A model generated the notes under the pieces. It was not told the DNA's origin. It saw only the letters and a program-made list of their open reading frames with translations, and did no database searches. Below, one piece after another: positions 16,218 to 23,579 of a stretch of DNA of 25,820 bases. The DNA lies in the IMG/VR virus record IMGVR_UViG_3300017777_005280, positions 1 through 25,820 of that record; one strand, given 5' to 3'. Source of the DNA: a virus. Its lineage: Duplodnaviria; Caudoviricetes. The translations under genes were made by a program, and so were the position numbers. How positions within the stretch are numbered: the stretch's first letter is position 1; every line of letters starts with the position of its first letter.

Positions 16218-16417
16218 GCGAGCTAGATGATTTAGAGGCTTACGTCGTCGAGCCTCCAGAAATCCAGTCCAAACAGCAGCTTGGAGGCCGGATCGGCATG
16301 CGCAAATCAAAAGCCAGGCGGTCTGAGCAGATATCGGCCAACGCTACTCGACATCACTGGCTTGCCCGTGGCCGGACGGTTCCAAGCATGCCGAAATTCA
16401 AATGCCTGCGCGACTGA
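16214..16417 (+). CDS. Hypothetical protein, 67 aa
   Basis: ATGA overlap; C-term PSMPKFKCL. Confidence 0.55.
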   Translation: MSELDDLEAYVVEPPEIQSKQQLGGRIGMRKSKARRSEQISANATRHHWLARGRTVPSMPKFKCLRD

Positions 16418-16460
16418 AAAAAGACCCCCGCCAAGCCTGCCAGGGCCGCGGGGGTAAAAA
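16417..16460 (-). terminator. Hairpin flanked by A-tracts (terminator for minus-strand RNA)
   Basis: ACCCCCGC (16424-31) / GCGGGGGT (16448-55), with A6 and A5 flanks on the plus strand. Confidence 0.5.
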
Positions 16461-16481
16461 CCAACAACGAGGCATAAACTA

Positions 16482-17393
16482 ATGAAAATAGACGGCAAAA
16501 TCAAGGCTAAAGGTGCGCGGTTCGTCCGCTTTTACCCATCCGACTGGCGCTCGGGCTGTCTCGGGCTGTCATTGGAACAAGAGGGCCTGTACGTCCGCGT
16601 GTGCGCGTTCATATACGAAACAAACCGCCGCTTACCGCTCGACGACTGCGCCGCCGCGAAATTTATGGGGGCCCACACAAATGCCTATCGGAAAATTAGA
16701 GACCAGCTTGTCGAACTTGGCAAGGTCTCAAGATGCGCAGACGGGTACACCGTTGCAAGAGCAGAGCGCGAGCTTGCGGCGGCCATCGGTTCGAGCCCTG
16801 CCGCCGATCAGGAAGGGGCGCTCAACGGATCAGCTCATTCGGCACCAGAACGGGACACCCGCTCGGATTCCATAGGGGATACCCCCCTAGATACCCCCCT
16901 AGATACCCCCCCAGATACCCATGGGGTGTTTTTCAAATCGGCCAATAAATTCAATGGGCCTCTTATAGAGCCTAAAGCCAATAGCCTAAAGCCAAAGAAA
17001 GAAACCCCCAAACCCCCACGGGGGGCTCAGACGGCCGACACGCCGAGCAACGTCAAACCGGTTGCCAACTGGAACCGAGCTTTCGCGCCAGTTGACGAAA
17101 ACCAATCTGGCGTCATCCGCACCGAAGCTGGCTGCATCCAACTCTCCAACGGCACGCACCTGCGCTGGCTCGAAAGGTTCGGCAGTCCCGCCCGCCTCGA
17201 TCTGGCGCTGATCGAGATTGCCGGCGAGATCAACACCGGAAGCCGTAAACCCCTTTGCGCAGATGTCGAGATGCGTCTCGCCCGCAAGGTTGCCGAGAAG
17301 ATCGACAGGGACGAACGCTATCAGGCCGCGGTTGCCAGCAATGCCGCCGCCAAGGCCGCCCCGAAGCCCGTCAAGCTCAGCCGGTGGGGCTAA
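16482..17393 (+). CDS. Replication initiator, DUF1376/YdaU family
   Basis: FYPSDW....GLSLEQEGLY......YE...LP.DD; internal iterons; precedes helicase. Confidence 0.85.
   Translation: MKIDGKIKAKGARFVRFYPSDWRSGCLGLSLEQEGLYVRVCAFIYETNRRLPLDDCAAAKFMGAHTNAYRKIRDQLVELGKVSRCADGYTVARAERELAAAIGSSPAADQEGALNGSAHSAPERDTRSDSIGDTPLDTPLDTPPDTHGVFFKSANKFNGPLIEPKANSLKPKKETPKPPRGAQTADTPSNVKPVANWNRAFAPVDENQSGVIRTEAGCIQLSNGTHLRWLERFGSPARLDLALIEIAGEINTGSRKPLCADVEMRLARKVAEKIDRDERYQAAVASNAAAKAAPKPVKLSRWG
16854..16955. repeat. Origin of replication: phased 12-bp iterons plus AT-rich tract
   Basis: GATACCCCCCTA x2, GATACCCCCCCA, GATACCCATGGG at 16878-16925; two degenerate units upstream; AT-rich downstream. Confidence 0.75.
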
Positions 17394-17394
17394 C

Positions 17395-18555
17395 ATGCTC
17401 GACACGCACACCATTGCCGGCAACCTCGTGCTCGTGCTTGGCGAGGAATCCGCTCAGATCGTCAGGGATTGCGGCACACCGTCAGTCCGCGACGTAGCGC
17501 ACCAAAGCCAGCTCGTCGACAGCCAGGGCCACGTGTACCCATTCGTCGATTGCTGGGAGGGGTTCACGATCCTGATCCCGGAGGGCATGGAAGAAACCCG
17601 CGATGCAATCGCAATGATCCTCGGGGATACTCGCTGCCGGTGGAACTGGTTTCCGGTCGACGCGAACCCCGACACGATCGCCACCGCTATCGGCACCGCG
17701 CGGCTGATGTGGACTGACGAGATTTGCGTTATGTCGGACGTTCCCGACCAAGGCCCCGTCGAGACATTCAAAACGGGGTTCGGAGCGCTCGACGATCACG
17801 GCTGGCGCATCGTCACGCCGGCGTTCATGCCGGTCATTGGCCCCTACGGATCTGGCAAGAGCGTTTTCCTGCGGCAGCTACTCGTAAACCTTTGGCGCAT
17901 GCACGGCTGGAAATTCCTACTCACCAGCTTCGAAGAAAAGATCAAGCCGCGATACCAGCGTGATTTCCGACGCAACCTGATCAACAAGCAAGAACAGTAT
18001 TGGACGGATAAGGACAAGGCCGAAGCCGATCTGGAGCTTGATCGGTGCTCGTGCTTCCTCCGTCGCAAGCGGGGAGCTGATCTCACTCAGGATCGACTGA
18101 TTGATCGCATCGCGTTTGCGGTCAAGGTCCACGGCGTTCGCGTCGTGTGCATCGATCCGGTCAACGAGATCGATCATCAGGTGCCGCGCGGCGAAAGCAA
18201 AACCGACTACATGGGCAAATTTATTATGGCCCTGAAAGCACTCGCAGACGATTACAACCTGCTGATGATCGTTTGCGCGCATCCGCCGAAGGATGGCGTC
18301 GAGAAACGGCTGGCGAAAAACGGGTTGCTTACGCTGAACGACGGCGCTGATACCGCCCATTGGGGCAACAAGGCCGATATCGGCATCTGCCTGTGGCGCA
18401 ACCTCGCCGGCCCGACAATCTTGCACCTCGACAAGCTGAAAGATCACGAAAGCATGGGCAAACCGACGCTGGCCGAGCTTCACCTTGACGAGCGGCTAAA
18501 TCAATTCCACGTCGGCCGGGTTGGTTACGACATTATGGGGGACAACGCATCATGA
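17395..18555 (+). CDS. SF4 replicative helicase (T7 gp4/Twinkle-like) with vestigial TOPRIM region
   Basis: Walker A GPYGSGKS, Walker B VVCIDP, AHPPK, HWGNKAD; start reassigned to ATG 17395. Confidence 0.85.
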   Translation: MLDTHTIAGNLVLVLGEESAQIVRDCGTPSVRDVAHQSQLVDSQGHVYPFVDCWEGFTILIPEGMEETRDAIAMILGDTRCRWNWFPVDANPDTIATAIGTARLMWTDEICVMSDVPDQGPVETFKTGFGALDDHGWRIVTPAFMPVIGPYGSGKSVFLRQLLVNLWRMHGWKFLLTSFEEKIKPRYQRDFRRNLINKQEQYWTDKDKAEADLELDRCSCFLRRKRGADLTQDRLIDRIAFAVKVHGVRVVCIDPVNEIDHQVPRGESKTDYMGKFIMALKALADDYNLLMIVCAHPPKDGVEKRLAKNGLLTLNDGADTAHWGNKADIGICLWRNLAGPTILHLDKLKDHESMGKPTLAELHLDERLNQFHVGRVGYDIMGDNAS

Positions 18556-18785
18556 GCGGAAAATACGAGCAGAAAGACAACAGCGGGAACTTGTTTCGCA
18601 TTTCGGACGAGGACATTAAATCAGATAAGCATCCTCAGTATGAAGGCGAGTTCAAAACGCTTTGCCCAAATTGCAACGCACCTGCCACCGGATGGGTAAA
18701 AGGATGGGTCAAGGAAGCCAAGACGGGCTCGAAATTCTTCTCGCTGGCCTTCAAGTTCAAGACACGAGCGGGGGGATCGGCATGA
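18552..18785 (+). CDS. DUF736-like putative ssDNA-binding protein
   Basis: NSGNLF...SDKHPQYEG...GWVK...GSKFFSL. Confidence 0.6.
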   Translation: MSGKYEQKDNSGNLFRISDEDIKSDKHPQYEGEFKTLCPNCNAPATGWVKGWVKEAKTGSKFFSLAFKFKTRAGGSA

Positions 18786-18928
18786 ACCCCGACGTGTTCA
18801 ACGCCGATCTTCGCGATTGGTACGAAGAGCGCGCCGCTTTTCTCGAATATTGCGAGGGATTGAACCGTGAAACCGCTGAGCGTTTAGCTTTCGCACAGAC
18901 CGCTCTAAAAAAGAGGGCCAAGCTATGA
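18782..18928 (+). CDS. 48-aa protein with EERAA..EY..GL.R..AE motif
   Basis: ATGA coupling on both sides; motif common in phage replication regions. Confidence 0.65.
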   Translation: MNPDVFNADLRDWYEERAAFLEYCEGLNRETAERLAFAQTALKKRAKL

Positions 18929-19062
18929 CTTACGAACGCCATTGGCACAAGCGGGTGCCCCCTTTCATGACCGAGGACTACATCGCCAAGGGCTGGACGA
19001 TCTGGGGAACCGAGGGCGATGCTGTTGTGCTTGTCTGGCTGCACGAGGAAACCCCGCCATGA
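18925..19062 (+). CDS. 45-aa hypothetical protein
   Basis: MTYERHWHKRVPPF...; ATGA-coupled on both sides; below ORF-track cutoff. Confidence 0.6.
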   Translation: MTYERHWHKRVPPFMTEDYIAKGWTIWGTEGDAVVLVWLHEETPP

Positions 19063-19316
19063 AAAACAGCGACCTCCGCTCCCGCGCCGAGCACATCATG
19101 CGCCTCATGGATCAACGAGACGAAATAGCAGAGGACATCCGCAACAGCTTCGACGTGGCAAAGAGCGTTGGCTTCAACCCGACCGCGATGCGCAAGGCGA
19201 TTAGTGTTGCCCGCATGGATGCGAAGAAACGGGCGGCACACGACACGGGCCAGCAGGACTTGGAACTGTACCTTGCTGAAATCGAAGCGTGTGAACTTCG
19301 GGAGGCGGCAGAATGA
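19059..19316 (+). CDS. gapR: GapR/DUF2312 nucleoid-associated protein homolog
   Basis: LRS..E.I.RL.....EIAEDI......AKS.GF....MRK.I..R.MD...R......LELY. Confidence 0.85.
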   Translation: MKNSDLRSRAEHIMRLMDQRDEIAEDIRNSFDVAKSVGFNPTAMRKAISVARMDAKKRAAHDTGQQDLELYLAEIEACELREAAE

Positions 19317-19429
19317 GCGTGCGCATCATCAACGCCGACGTTCTCGATGGCCTTGCTCAACCCGGCCTATGCGGCCATGGCCCGAAAGCGTGTGACGAAC
19401 GACTGCCCTCTATTTACGGAGGTGCCAGC
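19313..19429 (+). pseudogene. Stub resembling the N-terminus of an N4/N6 methyltransferase, in frame with the next gene
   Basis: MSVRIINADVLDGLAQ, then similarity is lost; separate RBS GGAGGT before ATG 19430. Confidence 0.4.
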
Positions 19430-20095
19430 ATGAACCCCCACAAAGACGGCATGGTCGCGGGTCTCTACGTGCAGACAAATGGCTGCTACTGCGGTCTCGC
19501 TGGCGTCGATCCGTGGGACGAAGAGCGAGACGCTAGGCTGTACGACGGTCCGCACCCTGTCGTGGCGCACCCGCCGTGCGCGCGATGGTGCAAACTAGCC
19601 GGTTTCGTTGCGCACGCCTATCCGGGCCGCTTCAAGAAAGGCGACGACCACGGGTGCTTTGCAGCAGCTCTTGCGGCCGTACGAAAATGGGGAGGCGTCC
19701 TAGAACACCCGGAAGGGTCCGCGGCATGGAAAGCTCACAACATGATCGAGCCGCCGAGGTGTGGCGGTTGGGTGGTAGCAGATTGGCAAGGGGGGTGGAC
19801 GTGCTGTGTCGAGCAAGGGAGCTATGGGCATCGGGGGCGCAAAGCGACGTGGCTGTATGCTGTCGGTGTCGAACTGCCGTCACTTTCCTGGGGGCCTGCC
19901 AAGGGGACGTTTCAGCAGGTCACCGGCGTCAGCCACAACGGCCGGCGAGCAAGCAAGACAGGCGTTGTCCAACGCCTGTCCAAACGCCAGCGTGCGGCTA
20001 CGCCCGAGCCATTCCGTGACCTGCTGCTATCCATCGCCCGAACGGCAATTGCACCGCAAAGGATCGCGGCATGAACCCCCACAGAGACGGCATGG
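19428..20095 (+). repeat. 27-bp direct repeats (26/27) flanking the C5-MTase-like gene
   Basis: GCATGAACCCCCACA(A/G)AGACGGCATGG at 19428-54 and 20069-95. Confidence 0.9.
19430..20074 (+). CDS. Divergent C5-cytosine DNA methyltransferase-like protein
   Basis: AHPPC (motif IV), VLEHP (VI), Q..YGH..RKATWL (VIII), TP..F C-term. Confidence 0.7.
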   Translation: MNPHKDGMVAGLYVQTNGCYCGLAGVDPWDEERDARLYDGPHPVVAHPPCARWCKLAGFVAHAYPGRFKKGDDHGCFAAALAAVRKWGGVLEHPEGSAAWKAHNMIEPPRCGGWVVADWQGGWTCCVEQGSYGHRGRKATWLYAVGVELPSLSWGPAKGTFQQVTGVSHNGRRASKTGVVQRLSKRQRAATPEPFRDLLLSIARTAIAPQRIAA

Positions 20096-20265
20096 ATTTC
20101 CTGCTTGGCATCAAAAACCGAGACACGAGCGAAATCGACAACGCTATATTGCTCACGATCGCGTTGAAGGCGCTGCAACAATCGCACCCAATCAATGGTC
20201 GCGCTGCTGAGCTTAGGCGGATTGCACGTGCAGAAATCACTGCAAAGCTACGGGGGGCTGCATGA
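20071..20265 (+). CDS. Hypothetical protein, 64 aa
   Basis: ATGA-coupled on both sides. Confidence 0.65.
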   Translation: MNPHRDGMDFLLGIKNRDTSEIDNAILLTIALKALQQSHPINGRAAELRRIARAEITAKLRGAA

Positions 20266-20801
20266 GCCAGCGCGACAGCGGTTATCAGCGCAAAAAGCGC
20301 GACCTGTACGAAACCCCAGAATGGGTGACGTGGGCGCTTGTCCCGCACCTCTCGAAGTTCGTCCGCGTCTGGGAGCCCGCAGCGGGTGGCGGTCAAATGG
20401 TGTCGGTGCTCGCAACGCAAGGCGAGGTCGCCGCGACAGACATCGAGCCGGACGGCAGGGATTTCCTACTGTACCCGAGAAACGACTATGCCGCTGACGG
20501 CATCGTCACAAACCCACCGTACGATCTGGCGGCCGAGTTCTGCGAGCACGCATTGAGGCTGATGGAACCAACGCACGGGTTTGTTGCCATGCTGCTCCGC
20601 ACTGACTTTGACCACGCTAAAAGCCGAACGCATCTTTTTCGTGACTGCCCAGCGTTCTTAAAAAAGATCGTGTTGATGAAGCGCATTTGTTGGTTTGTCG
20701 AAGCGAACGGAAAACCGAAGGCCAGCCCATCATTCAATCATGCTTGGTACATCTGGGACTGGAAGCACGAAGGCCCTCCGACGATCGGATACGGCCCATG
20801 A
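20262..20801 (+). CDS. Phage N6-adenine DNA methyltransferase
   Basis: DLYETPEW, WEPAAGGG, DFL, IVTNPPY, HAWYIW. Confidence 0.88.
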   Translation: MSQRDSGYQRKKRDLYETPEWVTWALVPHLSKFVRVWEPAAGGGQMVSVLATQGEVAATDIEPDGRDFLLYPRNDYAADGIVTNPPYDLAAEFCEHALRLMEPTHGFVAMLLRTDFDHAKSRTHLFRDCPAFLKKIVLMKRICWFVEANGKPKASPSFNHAWYIWDWKHEGPPTIGYGP

Positions 20802-21034
20802 ACGCAATCATCCTCGCGCAGATCGACAAGGCTCTAGCAGCAAAGATTGACGCCATGCCGTTGAAGCCTCGAGTCCGCGTCAAAACGAATGGCATACGCG
20901 TGGCCAACGTGATCGCCAAAACGACCGCCACGGGGAAAACGGTCATCGTCAAGAAAGACACCGCGCCTCCTCACGTAAGGGCTGGAAGGCGCAGGAAGGC
21001 AAACAAGGTGACAGGTGTGAGGGCAGCGAAATGA
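20798..21034 (+). CDS. Basic 78-aa hypothetical protein
   Basis: ATGA-coupled; K/R-rich. Confidence 0.6.
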   Translation: MNAIILAQIDKALAAKIDAMPLKPRVRVKTNGIRVANVIAKTTATGKTVIVKKDTAPPHVRAGRRRKANKVTGVRAAK

Positions 21035-21102
21035 GCGAGATCGACAACCTAGGTTTACGCCCACTGACCGCCTACCGCGTGCGCGTTTTAGATGAGGTGT
21101 AG
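21031..21102 (+). CDS. 23-aa ORF, possible displaced 5' end of the NusG-like gene
   Basis: ATGA-coupled; 21079-97 matches 21884-902 at 15/19 nt in the same frame. Confidence 0.35.
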   Translation: MSEIDNLGLRPLTAYRVRVLDEV

Positions 21103-21104
21103 TC

Positions 21105-21884
21105 GTGGGGCTTCGAGAAGACATTCTAGCAATGTTGCCAGCCAACCCAGCGGCGACAAAGAGTCCGGGTACGGCGCAATTCATTCGTCCGGCGTTGGAA
21201 CAAAGCATCACGGTTCTCATGGATGTCGACGAGCACGGGCCGACTGAAATAGCCGCAAATGAATGGGCGGTGCAATGTGTGATGAAAGGCGTTTTATTGC
21301 CGATGCCCGGCCCAATCTGTTTTTTTACCGGAAGGCTGTTTGCAATAACAGAGGCCGATCGGAGGCAAGGTATACTGGCAATGACGCATGGAGGATCGAT
21401 AATAGTTGTTGGTATCGGATGTGAGAAGCAGGATGCCGACCACATGGCAATTACAGTGTCGCCCCTAGTCTCGATGTCGATCAGTGACGAGGGCAATATG
21501 TCATGGGATGTGCGATTGCCAAGCAAGATATGGGATGACGACACGAACGGGGAGGTTGACGAAGCCGCAACGCGGATCGGCGTCAAGTTTATGTCCTGTA
21601 TCGGTTTGATGTCGCTGAAAACCGCGGTGGTGACGACCGAACCCGCACCGGCCAAACTGAATGCGGCACGTATCAAAAAAGGAAAGCCGCCGATTTCCGA
21701 TGTGGTAACGATCAGGATTAAGAAACAGGAACACCACGCATTTGGGGGAACTCACGCTAGCCCTAGACCGCACTGGAGACGGGGCCACGTTCGGCGACTG
21801 CTAGAAGGGCGAGTGGTGTTGGTGTCGCCCCATCCTGTCATGGGTCAAGCCGAAATACCCACGACGTACAAAGTCAAAAATTAG
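21105..21884 (+). CDS. Conserved phage protein with SPRxHxRRGH motif
   Basis: KLNAARIKKGKPP and GGTHASPRPHWRRGHVRR; GAGGT RBS. Confidence 0.75.
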   Translation: MGLREDILAMLPANPAATKSPGTAQFIRPALEQSITVLMDVDEHGPTEIAANEWAVQCVMKGVLLPMPGPICFFTGRLFAITEADRRQGILAMTHGGSIIVVGIGCEKQDADHMAITVSPLVSMSISDEGNMSWDVRLPSKIWDDDTNGEVDEAATRIGVKFMSCIGLMSLKTAVVTTEPAPAKLNAARIKKGKPPISDVVTIRIKKQEHHAFGGTHASPRPHWRRGHVRRLLEGRVVLVSPHPVMGQAEIPTTYKVKN

Positions 21885-21910
21885 TGCGTGTCTCTGATGA
21901 GGGAACATCA

Positions 21911-22351
21911 ATGTCCAATCGAGCCGTCGTCGTCTACCGAACCGCCCCGAACCTCGAGCACAAGGCGGCTGCTGAGTTGCGTGAGGCTGGCGCTCGCGCC
22001 TACGTGGCCCGCGACAGGTCAACCAAGCGTAACCCATTTACGCGCCAACCGCGCGCCACCGCGCCGGGCTACGTGTTTTCGGATCGGGCCTGCACCATCG
22101 CTTTTGCAAAGCACGTCAAGTCACCGATCGGCAGCGCCAGCAAGGCGGAACTTGCCAATCTGTACATTGGCCGCCCCCAGCGCCGCGCTGATACCGATCA
22201 AAACGCCTACCGCGCCGGCCAGCCTGCATTCCGGGGGGAGACCGCCGTAACGGTTACTAGCACCAGCGGCCGTTTCTGCTGCATTGAGTACGACATGTGC
22301 GGAAAGAGGCATAGCCAATCTATCCACTACACCCAGCTTAGACCGGGCTGA
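21911..22351 (+). CDS. NusG-like transcription antiterminator
   Basis: TAPNLEHKAAAEL...G..AYV, PGYVF, KOW-like C-term; Q-equivalent position. Confidence 0.75.
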   Translation: MSNRAVVVYRTAPNLEHKAAAELREAGARAYVARDRSTKRNPFTRQPRATAPGYVFSDRACTIAFAKHVKSPIGSASKAELANLYIGRPQRRADTDQNAYRAGQPAFRGETAVTVTSTSGRFCCIEYDMCGKRHSQSIHYTQLRPG

Positions 22352-22550
22352 CTGGCCAATCTGCGGGGCGATACCCGGACAGGTACGCCTCGACAAGACG
22401 GCGCTGAGGGTCCCGGATGACGCTTTGCCCGGTCTCAAGGTGATACTGCATTTGCCTGCGGTGGGCGCCCTGATAGCCGAGCACAGTCGCCATCTGATCA
22501 AGCGTCAGGCCCAGCTCGCGCCGGGCCTTTTCCATTTGTGCGGGGGTCAA
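22338..22550 (-). CDS. Aca-like XRE HTH protein
   Basis: TTG start with GAGG RBS; TPAQMEKARRELGLTLDQMATVLG...ETG...YLSGYRPADWP. Confidence 0.75.
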   Translation of the reverse strand: MTPAQMEKARRELGLTLDQMATVLGYQGAHRRQMQYHLETGQSVIRDPQRRLVEAYLSGYRPADWPVSPV

Positions 22551-22557
22551 TTGAGCC

Positions 22558-23142
22558 TCATGCAAAATCACTCAAAGCGTTTTTGATAACCGCTTGCTGA
22601 GCGGCATCGGTCAGTGTCGTGATAATTTTTTCCTCGCCGCCGGGGCCGGTGTGCCGCGTTACCCGCTCGATCCCTGTGACGTACCAAGCCGACCCGCCGC
22701 GCTCAAAAGTCACTTGTGTGGCAATGGCCGAGCTTGACCGCCGATTGTAAGCTCGTGACGTGGGCACTCCCGAGATTGCCGACACCTTGACGCCGGCGCG
22801 GTCTTTGATTGAGACACCATGGGCAATCAGTTGATTTTCCACGGAGGCCGCGATCGCGACGAGGACGCTGGGGCTTGCGTACGTGTGCGCTGACGCCTTG
22901 CCATTTGCTTCTTCAACCGCGGTCTGGATGGCCGTTGCGTTTGCCGCTGTCAGTCGCGAATCGGGTCGAGCTTTGATTTCGTCAATCTTTGCTTTGAAAT
23001 GTTCTGGGGCGGCACCGCTGCCGCCCAAGTAGAGGGTTGAGATCTTTGCGGTCTCCTGCTGGCGAACGAGGGCCAGACGCTGTTTTGAAAGATCGGCGGC
23101 GACGGTAAATGCCTTGATGTCAAATAGCTTGATCTTGGTCAT
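22558..23142 (-). CDS. Hypothetical protein, 194 aa, first gene of a counter-oriented cassette
   Basis: RBS AAGGA before ATG 23142; own promoter. Confidence 0.75.
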   Translation of the reverse strand: MTKIKLFDIKAFTVAADLSKQRLALVRQQETAKISTLYLGGSGAAPEHFKAKIDEIKARPDSRLTAANATAIQTAVEEANGKASAHTYASPSVLVAIAASVENQLIAHGVSIKDRAGVKVSAISGVPTSRAYNRRSSSAIATQVTFERGGSAWYVTGIERVTRHTGPGGEEKIITTLTDAAQQAVIKNALSDFA

Positions 23143-23188
23143 TGTCTTCATCCTTTCGGGTGGGCGCGTTGCCCGTTGCTGATAAAAC

Positions 23189-23226
23189 AACCTACCCCAT
23201 CCTCGTCCGTAGGTCAACCCACCTAC
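23189..23226 (-). promoter_or_regulatory. Promoter with inverted-repeat operator
   Basis: TTGACC-17-TAGGTT; GTAGGT-N6-ACCTAC (23209-26) over the -35; third half-site 23190-95. Confidence 0.7.
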
Positions 23227-23245
23227 AAAAATAATATTGCACTAT

Positions 23246-23274
23246 TTGACATTGTCGCCTCACTGCGCCATTGT
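23246..23274 (+). promoter_or_regulatory. Putative late promoter
   Basis: TTGACA-17-CATTGT with AT-rich upstream element. Confidence 0.5.
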
Positions 23275-23377
23275 GCAATCGGATGAGCGGCCGATTTCAG
23301 CGTACCGCCCCAGGCTCCGATAAAATCGTTGAGCCACACAATCCGGAAATGCGCCCAAAGCACAACAAGGACGCAAC

Positions 23378-23482
23378 GTGATCCTGGCAGTAACCGTTTT
23401 TCTTGTCAGCCTAGCCGTTTTTCTTCTCGTGGTCGGTTCGTGCCTCGATGCGTGCGGCGTGTTTGATCGGGACGACAAATGA
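23378..23482 (+). CDS. 34-aa single-TM peptide
   Basis: RBS AAGGA, GTG start; MILAVTVFLVSLAVFLLVVGSCLDACGVFDRDDK. Confidence 0.5.
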   Translation: MILAVTVFLVSLAVFLLVVGSCLDACGVFDRDDK

Positions 23483-23579
23483 CTGCCGGGCCGCTGTTGC
23501 CTTCTGGCTCTCCCGCTGAAATCGCCCGTTGTACCCGTGCCCGTATGCGTTCAACGCGACTCCGCAAAGGGCTGACATT

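Noticed and set aside
16878-16925. Tandem repeats as a CRISPR array
   Set aside because: 12-bp units without spacers, inside the initiator gene; iterons fit better
17218-17394. N-terminal extension of the helicase ORF
   Set aside because: Overlaps the initiator gene; ATG 17395 follows its stop directly
19430-20801. Restriction-modification system
   Set aside because: No cognate endonuclease adjacent; orphan phage methylases are common
20834-21676. 280-aa minus-strand ORF
   Set aside because: Overlaps plus-strand genes with coupling and a recognisable motif; composition is shadow-like
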